DNA from: a virus
Taxonomy: Duplodnaviria; Caudoviricetes
Strand: one strand, 5' to 3'
DNA length: 32,544 nt
Virus record (IMG/VR): IMGVR_UViG_3300033077_000716
Coordinates: 1 to 32,544 of that record
Made by a program: the position numbers and the translations under genes
The notes under the pieces: model-generated
Database searches by the model: none
What the model saw: the letters and a program-made list of their open reading frames with translations, nothing else
Told to the model about the DNA's origin: nothing
Shown here: piece by piece, positions 25,725 through 32,544 of the stretch
How positions within the stretch are numbered: the stretch's first letter is position 1
Layout: each line of letters opens with the position of its first letter

Positions 25725-26932
25725 CCACCCCATCACACAAAATCACCGACGATGGCGACAAGGTTGTGATTCACGACCTTGAAGTTTTTTGCGCCTATGA
25801 CGCAAAAATCGACGGCGACAATGATGACGAACTCAAGAAATTCGACAACACTCGTGTGCGCGAGATTGTCGCCGCGACCCGTCAATACATGGATAAGGGT
25901 TCGTTTCCTCGCCTTGTCGTAATGCACGAGCGAGACGGAAACGAGCCAAAATCAAGCGTGGGACGATTCACCAAAGTGAATTACGAAGAGCGCGGCGGTG
26001 TGGCCTACATTGTCGGAGACTGCGAAGTTGAGCGAAGCGTGTTTGAAAAACTGCTTGCCACAAACGCATTTCCTCGTCGCTCCGCAGAGATTTGGCAGGA
26101 CCACAATCACCTTTCGGAAGTCGCGCTGCTTGGGCGAGAAACACCACGCCGACCGCTTCCTGATACTCATTTTGTTCGCAAGGGCGAACTTGTGACTTTC
26201 TCTCGCCCACTTCGTTTCGACATGGGGACTGTCGGCGGAGGACTCTCCACATTCATCCCCTCTACGAAAGAGAAAAACCAAATGCCTGATGACAACGATA
26301 TGCGCGCTGAACTCGACGCGCTCAAGGCTTCGATGGACGAAATCGACCAAAAGTTCAAGAAGCGTTTTGAGGCCGACGATTCAGAGGACGAAAAGGACGA
26401 AATGTCAGCCGATGACATGATTCAGCAACAATTTGCTGAAGATGACGGCGAGGCCGATGTTCACATTGACATCCAATCCCACGACGGCGAAGGAGATGAA
26501 GAGGAGGAGTCTGAAGAAGTTTTCCCCGCAATGCGCTACAGCCGTCCGCGTGAGGGTGGCGACTTTATCGCCATGCGCCGCGAAAACTCGCGGATGTCGC
26601 GAGAACTCCAGTCGATTCGCTCTGAACTCGCTCGCGAAAAGTTCAGTCGTGAACTTGACGCAATGGAGACTGAGGGATACCGCATTCCCGCAGACCGCCG
26701 TCCGCGCCTGATTGCGGAACTTGCGGCAAGTCGCGACCCGTCCGACCTTATTGACACTTGGCGCGACCTCTTTGCTCGTGATCCCGTTGGGATCCGTATC
26801 GACATGAGCCGATCCACGCTTCCGAAATCAGATCTCGATCCTCGTCAAGTTCAGGATATGGTCCGCGAATTTGCGGGCCGCCCTGAAGAATTCACCAAGG
26901 CCATCAATTCCCGCATCACTACGAAGCGGTAA
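25721..26932 (+). CDS. Prohead protease/scaffold fusion (Mu gpI-like)
   Basis: N-terminal VVMHE...VGRF...FPRRSAEI...LSEVALLG..P (His/Ser pattern), then an acidic coiled-coil scaffold; located between MuF and capsid genes. Confidence 0.8.
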   Translation: MTTPSHKITDDGDKVVIHDLEVFCAYDAKIDGDNDDELKKFDNTRVREIVAATRQYMDKGSFPRLVVMHERDGNEPKSSVGRFTKVNYEERGGVAYIVGDCEVERSVFEKLLATNAFPRRSAEIWQDHNHLSEVALLGRETPRRPLPDTHFVRKGELVTFSRPLRFDMGTVGGGLSTFIPSTKEKNQMPDDNDMRAELDALKASMDEIDQKFKKRFEADDSEDEKDEMSADDMIQQQFAEDDGEADVHIDIQSHDGEGDEEEESEEVFPAMRYSRPREGGDFIAMRRENSRMSRELQSIRSELAREKFSRELDAMETEGYRIPADRRPRLIAELAASRDPSDLIDTWRDLFARDPVGIRIDMSRSTLPKSDLDPRQVQDMVREFAGRPEEFTKAINSRITTKR

Positions 26933-26948
26933 AAAAAAGGAACTCAAA

Positions 26949-27350
26949 ATGTCTGACATGGGCTTCACTCCAAATCTCATTGCAAGCGGCACAATTGCGC
27001 CATTCCGCCTCGTCACTATTTCGGGCGCGTTTCAAGGCGCGGCATCAAACGCAATCACAGATTACGCCATCGGCGTGACTGACGGTAGCGTCAACGCCTA
27101 CAACGGAACAAACCACGCCGTTGCAACAGGTACAATTACGCTGCAACCTACTAACACGGTGCAGGTTGAGGTAGGAACAGGCGGCTGTGCCGCAGGTGAC
27201 TTCCTCATGTGTCTCGCCTCCTCAGGCGGGACCGTCACAACCGCAGCAGGAGCAACCGCTAAGTCCTCTTACATTGCTCTCGAAGCAGGGGCTGTTGGCG
27301 ACATCATTCGTGCGTTCCGTTTCGGATATCGCGGCCCAGTCTTCGCGTAA
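26949..27350 (+). CDS. Head decoration/cement protein (DUF2190-like, 133 aa)
   Basis: AAGGA RBS; ASGTIAPFRLV...IGV...ALEAGAVGDII. Confidence 0.75.
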   Translation: MSDMGFTPNLIASGTIAPFRLVTISGAFQGAASNAITDYAIGVTDGSVNAYNGTNHAVATGTITLQPTNTVQVEVGTGGCAAGDFLMCLASSGGTVTTAAGATAKSSYIALEAGAVGDIIRAFRFGYRGPVFA

Positions 27351-27388
27351 ATCTGACAAAAAACCTTCCCTCAGAAAGAGGATTCATC

Positions 27389-28429
27389 ATGGCATTTACA
27401 GTTGTGGGTGGCGGTCTTTCGACCTACATCCCAAGTACGAACGATCTTGCAACGGGTGCGTTGCAGGTTGAGTTCACGCGCTCCGTCAACACCTTCGCTT
27501 TGTCGCGTTACGCGACATTGATTCCCACCGCAAAGATGACAGGCTTCTACTTGAAGCAAGACAACGCGGATAACTCCCGCGTTGGCGACGAAAAGGAATA
27601 CGCATGGCCGCTCGGAAACGACCGTCCAACAGGTAAGCAGAATTCGTTTGATTTCGTGCAGTTCACCACGGCTCGATTCGGCTTCCCGTTTTACATTCCG
27701 CAGGAATCCGCCGCACAGGCTTCGTGGGATGTTGTTGCCCAACACGCACGATCTAAGGCGCAGTTGGCAATGACTCGCCGCTCGATGGCAGCGGCGACGG
27801 TTCTTACCACCAACGGAAACTGGGGAACGAACTACACGACCGCCGCAGGATCCTCAACGGGTCCATACACCGCGACAGGTTCGTGGGATGGATCCTCGTC
27901 CGCCAACCGATTCATCCAAAAGTCGATTCAGCAAGCGATGCGAATCGTTAGCCTTTCGTCGGGTGGTGCGGTCAACCCAAACCAGTTGATTATGGTGATC
28001 TCGCCTGCAACCGCGAATATCATTTCGCAAGCCCCTGAAATTCAGGACTATGTGAAGTTCCAAGCGGGTATCCAGTACCTGCAGGGATCCGACACCTTTG
28101 CAAAGTGGGGTATCCCCCCGACCCTTTTTGGCCTCGCGGATGTCGTTGTCGAGGATGCCGTCAAGGTTACCTCGAAAAGGGGACAAACCGACGCTCGCTC
28201 GTATGTCCTCGGCAACGGTGCGTACTTCCTGTCGCGTCCAAGCGGACTTGTTGGAACTGAAGGCGCATCGTCGTTCTCGACGCTGCAAATCTTCGCCTAC
28301 GAGGACATGACGGTCGAGCAGTTCAACGACCCCATGAACCGTCGCATTGAAGGCCGCGTGATCGACAATAGCGTTCCCGCTCTTGTCGCGTCGGTCGGCG
28401 GATTTGCGATTCAGAATGTCCTTGCCTAA
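27389..28429 (+). CDS. Major capsid protein (346 aa)
   Basis: GAGGA RBS; size and position after scaffold and decoration genes; followed by a terminator. Confidence 0.8.
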   Translation: MAFTVVGGGLSTYIPSTNDLATGALQVEFTRSVNTFALSRYATLIPTAKMTGFYLKQDNADNSRVGDEKEYAWPLGNDRPTGKQNSFDFVQFTTARFGFPFYIPQESAAQASWDVVAQHARSKAQLAMTRRSMAAATVLTTNGNWGTNYTTAAGSSTGPYTATGSWDGSSSANRFIQKSIQQAMRIVSLSSGGAVNPNQLIMVISPATANIISQAPEIQDYVKFQAGIQYLQGSDTFAKWGIPPTLFGLADVVVEDAVKVTSKRGQTDARSYVLGNGAYFLSRPSGLVGTEGASSFSTLQIFAYEDMTVEQFNDPMNRRIEGRVIDNSVPALVASVGGFAIQNVLA

Positions 28430-28452
28430 CCCGCGTGATTAGACGATAGCGA

Positions 28453-28485
28453 AGGGGCGGGGCTTTATGCCTCGCCCCTCTTTTT
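28453..28485 (+). terminator. Rho-independent terminator after the capsid gene
   Basis: AGGGGCGGGGC-TTTAT-GCCTCGCCCCT then CTTTTT. Confidence 0.85.
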
Positions 28486-28501
28486 GTTCAGGAAAAACAC
28501 A

Positions 28502-28990
28502 ATGACCACCTACGCGACTTACGCAGATCTTGAACACGCGCTTGACTCGCAGATTATTGCTCAGTTATGCGGGGACGCAGGCGTGGCGATGGGTGGACCA
28601 AACGCAATCACGCAAGCGGCTCTTGAGCGTGGAACCGCTGCGGTGCGGTCCTACATCCGCGTGGGTGGCATCTACAGCGAGACAGAGATCACAGCCCTAG
28701 ACGCAGCACACGATCCGCTGCTCGTTGGTCTTGTCGTGGATCTCGCGACCGAGTTTCTGTTTCAGCGTCGAGGGTCTAAACTGTCGCCTGCTATCGAGCA
28801 ACGAATCAAGCAGTCCTACTCCTATTTGGAGGGGCTGCGCGACGGGAAAATGCTTTTTGGTGACGCGACCGCAAATGTGTCCGCAGGCACTCCCCTTGTG
28901 ACCGCTGTATCTGATTCGACGCGAGCGTTTTACGCAAGCGCGTCAAACAGCCCATTCTTCCCTACGCGTCGAGGATTCACCGCGCCATGA
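28502..28990 (+). CDS. Head-tail adaptor, Mu gp36/DUF1320-like
   Basis: YATYADL...IAQL...ALE......SYI...Y, L......DLA...L..RR, YLEGLRDGK. Confidence 0.8.
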   Translation: MTTYATYADLEHALDSQIIAQLCGDAGVAMGGPNAITQAALERGTAAVRSYIRVGGIYSETEITALDAAHDPLLVGLVVDLATEFLFQRRGSKLSPAIEQRIKQSYSYLEGLRDGKMLFGDATANVSAGTPLVTAVSDSTRAFYASASNSPFFPTRRGFTAP

Positions 28991-29637
28991 GCGTGTGGTC
29001 TAAAAAAGTTCGTCAGGCTCTTGATAATCCTCGGATCGTCAAAGGGATCGCCGCGCTCGCAGGCGTGTGGATGAGTGAGCACATCGATAAAAATTTTGGT
29101 CGGGGCGCAGGCGGCAAGGCTGTCCCACACACTCCGCTGAAAACCGTTAAGGGCCACTCATGGTCGAGCAGTAAACCTAAAGATGGGTCAGCCCTTGCGG
29201 TACGAAAAATCGTCATTGACAAAGATGGCAAGCCTCGCAATCGGACTATGTACCTTATCGAAAACACCTCGTACCGAGCAAGCGGTCAACCGCTCGTGGA
29301 CACGGGAAAATTGATTGGGTCGCTCGGAGCAAGCGGCGCAAGTGCAGGGAGTGGAATCAAAGTCACGATGCAAGGCCGAAAGTACGGTCTGTATCAGGAT
29401 CGTGGATTCACGACGAAGGGGCCAAACTTCATCCCGTTGACGAAAAAGGGTCGTCGCGGTCACGCGACTGGCAGAAATCCGAACAAGGAAAACCTTGTGC
29501 GCGGCAAAGATTTTTTGATGGCGTGGCGCGGCGTTACTGTGCCGTCACGCCCATTTATTCTGCCAACACGCGATGATTTGCAGCGGATGGGAAAAGACAT
29601 CTACCTCGGACTCAAATCTATTCTAAAGGGCAAGTGA
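28987..29637 (+). CDS. Virion morphogenesis/tail completion protein (Mu gpG-like)
   Basis: PLVDTGKLIGSL, YGLYQD.G, VTVPSRPFI. Confidence 0.8.
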   Translation: MSVWSKKVRQALDNPRIVKGIAALAGVWMSEHIDKNFGRGAGGKAVPHTPLKTVKGHSWSSSKPKDGSALAVRKIVIDKDGKPRNRTMYLIENTSYRASGQPLVDTGKLIGSLGASGASAGSGIKVTMQGRKYGLYQDRGFTTKGPNFIPLTKKGRRGHATGRNPNKENLVRGKDFLMAWRGVTVPSRPFILPTRDDLQRMGKDIYLGLKSILKGK

Positions 29638-29638
29638 C

Positions 29639-30109
29639 ATGGCAACAACAATTTTTGTCGCAGGGCCAACCCGCATTGATATTGACGCAGACGGGAGTTA
29701 CGGCACACTCGGTTATTCAGACAACGACAATCTCCCATCGGTACAATTTACCGACAATCACCACGAAGTTAAATCGGTTTTGACAGGGAATGTCCCTGCG
29801 GCACTAGTTATGACAGGCACAAGCGCACGAATTACGCTTGCGCTTGTTAAATGGGAAAATTCAGAATTAGCCCTGCTTCTAGCAAAACAACGCGGAGCCT
29901 ACAACGATTCAACGGTGGGAAGGCAACTCGTAAGCGGCGGCTTTACTTTCAAAGTCAAAATTATTGGGAATCAGACTTACACCTTTGAACGCTGCTACCT
30001 GCAACCCGAAAGCATGGGCGATAGTCAATGGGGAAATCGCGAGCGCATTTTAACGCTGAATATCATGGCAATCCCCAACAGTAGCGGCGTACTTTATACT
30101 TTGGCCTAA
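29639..30109 (+). CDS. Tail tube-like protein, paralogue 1 (156 aa)
   Basis: Located before the chaperones; LGYSDN...SVQF...EVK...G..ARITLALVKW pattern. Confidence 0.65.
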   Translation: MATTIFVAGPTRIDIDADGSYGTLGYSDNDNLPSVQFTDNHHEVKSVLTGNVPAALVMTGTSARITLALVKWENSELALLLAKQRGAYNDSTVGRQLVSGGFTFKVKIIGNQTYTFERCYLQPESMGDSQWGNRERILTLNIMAIPNSSGVLYTLA

Positions 30110-30123
30110 CCAAAAGGACACAC

Positions 30124-30618
30124 ATGGCTGTTATATTTCATGTCTCAGGCCCAACCCAAATTGAAATCGCTACCGATGTTTTTTCTACTTGGGAACTCTT
30201 TGGCTACACGGACAACGACAATCTTCCCTCAATACAAATAACCGATCATCATCACGAAGTTAAAACGGTGCTGAGTGGAAATGTCCCTGCGGAAGTTGTT
30301 CTAACTGGCACAAGCGCACGAATTACGCTTGCGCTTGTTAAATGGGATGCGGATATCCTTAATCAAATGCTTGCTGCCAGTCGCAATGTTTACAATACTC
30401 CTCAAGTTGGAAGAGTTTTAGATATTCTAACGACTGCGTTTTTTGGCGTTAGAATTACTAGTGTCAGTACGGCGCAAGAGTATACTTTTGCGGCTTGTTA
30501 CCTTCAAGTTGACGGGGTAAATGACTCGCAATGGGGAAACCGTGAGCGCGTGTTAACCTTAAACATCTCGGCTATCCCTGATTCAAGTAACAATATTTAC
30601 AATTACATTAACTCATGA
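30124..30618 (+). CDS. Tail tube-like protein, paralogue 2 (164 aa)
   Basis: Collinear with paralogue 1 (DNDNLPS.Q.TD.HHEVK, TGTSARITLALVKW, DSQWGNRER.LTLNI.AIP). Confidence 0.65.
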   Translation: MAVIFHVSGPTQIEIATDVFSTWELFGYTDNDNLPSIQITDHHHEVKTVLSGNVPAEVVLTGTSARITLALVKWDADILNQMLAASRNVYNTPQVGRVLDILTTAFFGVRITSVSTAQEYTFAACYLQVDGVNDSQWGNRERVLTLNISAIPDSSNNIYNYINS

Positions 30619-30878
30619 TTGACCTTAACGACGAAAACGACCCTCTCCTCTTCTCCGTCTCAGTCCCAAACGGGAGGCTGATTTGCCAGTACATGGAGGT
30701 GGTTGCTACAGTTCAGGCCATTTCTCCTAACGGCACAGAGCCAAACACCGACATTGTAATTCGGGCGATTCGGCAATCGTCTCGCACTCCTGAAGTTGCT
30801 CGCGAGGCTCGGGACGAGTGGCTAATTGCGGCGTGGCATCGTATGACTACGGCAATGGAGGCTTCGGGAAAACTTTAA
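30615..30878 (+). CDS. Tail assembly chaperone (lambda gpG-like)
   Basis: Follows the tube genes; ends TCG GGA AAA CTT TAA with a slippery heptamer. Confidence 0.7.
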   Translation: MIDLNDENDPLLFSVSVPNGRLICQYMEVVATVQAISPNGTEPNTDIVIRAIRQSSRTPEVAREARDEWLIAAWHRMTTAMEASGKL

Positions 30879-31126
30879 GGGCAACCGCTCGGTTTTTGTC
30901 GGTGTATGGGAGGTTGCCCACGGACTTCGATCCGTATACCGCGATGGGACTTGCCGTCAACATTCCCTCAATTGAAGCGGCTGAAGCACTAACGCTTGCT
31001 CGCGGAATCGCAATTGCGCTAGGAGACTCAAAAATGTTTGCGGCGGCAATTTTCCAAACAACTGGGGACGCTCGTCTTGCACAGCGTGTTGAGATTCAAG
31101 CGCATATGCAAAAAGGGTTTCAATAA
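30866..31126 (+). CDS. -1 frameshift extension of the chaperone (gpGT-like)
   Basis: G GGA AAA at 30866-72; the -1 frame reads GKTLRATARF... open to TAA 31124-26 and has no convincing start of its own. Confidence 0.7.
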   Translation, partial: GKTLRATARFLSVYGRLPTDFDPYTAMGLAVNIPSIEAAEALTLARGIAIALGDSKMFAAAIFQTTGDARLAQRVEIQAHMQKGFQ

Positions 31127-31584
31127 TGGCTAGCGTCTCATCCATCCTGTACGCAATGCGCGACGATTTAACCGTGTGGATGTCTCAACAGGGACTCGGT
31201 GATGCGGTCTACATCGTCGAAGCCCCAATTGACGAGGTAGTCGGCCAGTACGCGATTCAGATCGTTGCGGGATCAGACACCGCCGTCCACCCTGTTAGCG
31301 GGGTGGGACTTATTCGCACAAATGTCGATGTGGTGGTTTGGTGGCGTGGGTTTTTTGACCCGCTTAGTCGGGGGACAGAGCGAATTGCGGGACAACAGGG
31401 GATTCAGCAATTTGCAGACACTCTCCGTGAGTACCTCGTACAGAGGACTTACGACGGTATGGTGATTCAGTTGCTTTTCCGTAACGGCGGAACGGTGCAG
31501 TCTGTCCCTGAATTGGAGGGGTGGCTGACGCTTCGTGACACCTACGATTTTGCGTATGAAATGACTTGGGAGGTCAAAGTCTAA
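31126..31584 (+). CDS. Putative tail terminator-like protein (152 aa)
   Basis: Alpha/beta pattern (SILYAMRDDL...AIQIV...NVDVVVW...QFADTLREYL) resembling gpU/Mu gp37-type proteins; weak. Confidence 0.45.
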   Translation: MASVSSILYAMRDDLTVWMSQQGLGDAVYIVEAPIDEVVGQYAIQIVAGSDTAVHPVSGVGLIRTNVDVVVWWRGFFDPLSRGTERIAGQQGIQQFADTLREYLVQRTYDGMVIQLLFRNGGTVQSVPELEGWLTLRDTYDFAYEMTWEVKV

Positions 31585-32544
31585 TGGAAGACCTCGGAAC
31601 AATCTCGATCAACATTAAGGACAACGGCGGAGGTGGGTCGGTTGCGGCAATCCCGTCGAGCGCACTTGCGCTCCGCGCAGGAAACGCAAGCGAGCGCGGC
31701 CTTATCCGCATTAATCAGGCGGTAATCCACATTGGACAGGCTGCGTTTTCTCAAATGCAGCAAGGGGTTACCCACGCGCTTACGGGTGCAATCCATCAAG
31801 CGTCTCGCGTTTCGAGTACTGCGCCATCGGGGACGGCTACCTCAAATACCTCTTGGGGAAAACTTCAGTCGAAGATTATGGCTGTCCAAACAGCATCAGC
31901 CATTAAAGGTGAATTGCTTGGGTTTATTGGCGCGCCGTCCGCAGGAGGAATGGCAAGCCTGTTGAGTACATCGTCATCGACGGGAGGGGCTATTGCGGGT
32001 CTTGGAGCGGCGGCGGCTCCCGTTGCGATTGCGCTTGCAGCGGTTTTGGTTGTAGTCGTAGCGGGGATTGCCGCTTTTAAAATCCTGCAAATGTCGGCAG
32101 AAAAGATTTCTCGAAAATTTGAAGAGATTACGCGCTTTTCGGGCGCAATGATGTTTGCAAAAGCAACAGAGCGGATGGCGCAATTTAATCGCCAAATGGC
32201 TGACGCAAACAGGAACGGGGTGGCATACGCTCAGGCTCAGGCTTTTGCGACTGCGTCTGAAAATGCGCGAGCCGAAGTGATGCTGCATCTTGACTCGGTC
32301 ATGGCGGATTTGGCGGCGGTTTTTTACCAAATCACCACGATCTTTTGGAAAGCAATGAAGCCACTCGCAATGTTTGTCGAGTTTATTCAGAAGTCCGTAG
32401 GGTGGTTTACTGTGTTGCTTACCTCCCTTGCAAACATGACTGGGCCAATGGCTCTTGTGTTGCAGCCGTTAATTCAATTAATCCTTGCACAGGTGCAGGC
32501 GATTAACCAAAACACAAAGCCTGCCGCTAGTGCGGGAATTAATA
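31584..32544 (+). CDS. Tape-measure-like protein (about 338 aa including 1..56); absent from the ORF track because it runs off the end
   Basis: ATG overlapping TAA at 31584; MEDLGTISINI start; Ala/Gly-rich, helical, with a hydrophobic segment; no stop up to 32544. Confidence 0.75.
   Translation, partial: MEDLGTISINIKDNGGGGSVAAIPSSALALRAGNASERGLIRINQAVIHIGQAAFSQMQQGVTHALTGAIHQASRVSSTAPSGTATSNTSWGKLQSKIMAVQTASAIKGELLGFIGAPSAGGMASLLSTSSSTGGAIAGLGAAAAPVAIALAAVLVVVVAGIAAFKILQMSAEKISRKFEEITRFSGAMMFAKATERMAQFNRQMADANRNGVAYAQAQAFATASENARAEVMLHLDSVMADLAAVFYQITTIFWKAMKPLAMFVEFIQKSVGWFTVLLTSLANMTGPMALVLQPLIQLILAQVQAINQNTKPAASAGIN

Noticed and set aside
27470-27510. EFTRSVNTFALSR in the capsid N-terminus as another linker copy
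   Set aside because: It fits the pattern but may be ordinary capsid structure; not counted without an alignment.
29816-30347. Tube-gene similarity as a diversity-generating retroelement TR/VR pair
   Set aside because: No reverse transcriptase; both copies are full genes and the differences are not confined to adenines.
31856-31862. Second in-phase G GGA AAA heptamer inside the tape-measure gene
   Set aside because: The -1 frame stops about 14 codons later; probably chance.
1-32544. tRNA/rRNA genes, introns, inteins or stop-codon reassignment
   Set aside because: No cloverleaf or splicing motifs noticed; genes tile densely under the standard code.

Overview
The window looks like a complete, circularly permuted 32.5-kb tailed-phage genome (siphovirus-like). 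The last ORF (31584->end) reads in frame across the end/start junction and stops at 54-56. Rightward arm (15195->8236 via the junction): HTH regulator, methyltransferase-like and PAPS-reductase-family genes, terminase, a 1124-aa modular protein, Mu-like head genes (DUF935 portal, MuF, protease/scaffold, decoration, capsid), neck, two paralogous tail-tube-like genes, frameshifted chaperones, a short tape measure, tail proteins, holin/spanin-like genes and a very Cys-rich protein. Leftward arm (14545->8325): small early genes, a CsrA-like gene, RusA, Bet, Gp157 and an HTH gene, driven by four copies of a promoter/operator/5'-hairpin unit. I recognise no integrase, transposase, replication protein or endolysin. 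Best candidate for a new system: the 1124-aa gene between terminase and portal is a string of about 13 unrelated 70-110-aa modules joined by a recurring [F/M/H]-[S/A]-R...[K/R]xx-F-[A/G] linker. The same signal occurs in the prohead protease/scaffold, MuF and portal, which suggests a protease-processed, capsid-loaded polyprotein of accessory effectors. All protein calls are from motif recognition by eye; no searches were run.
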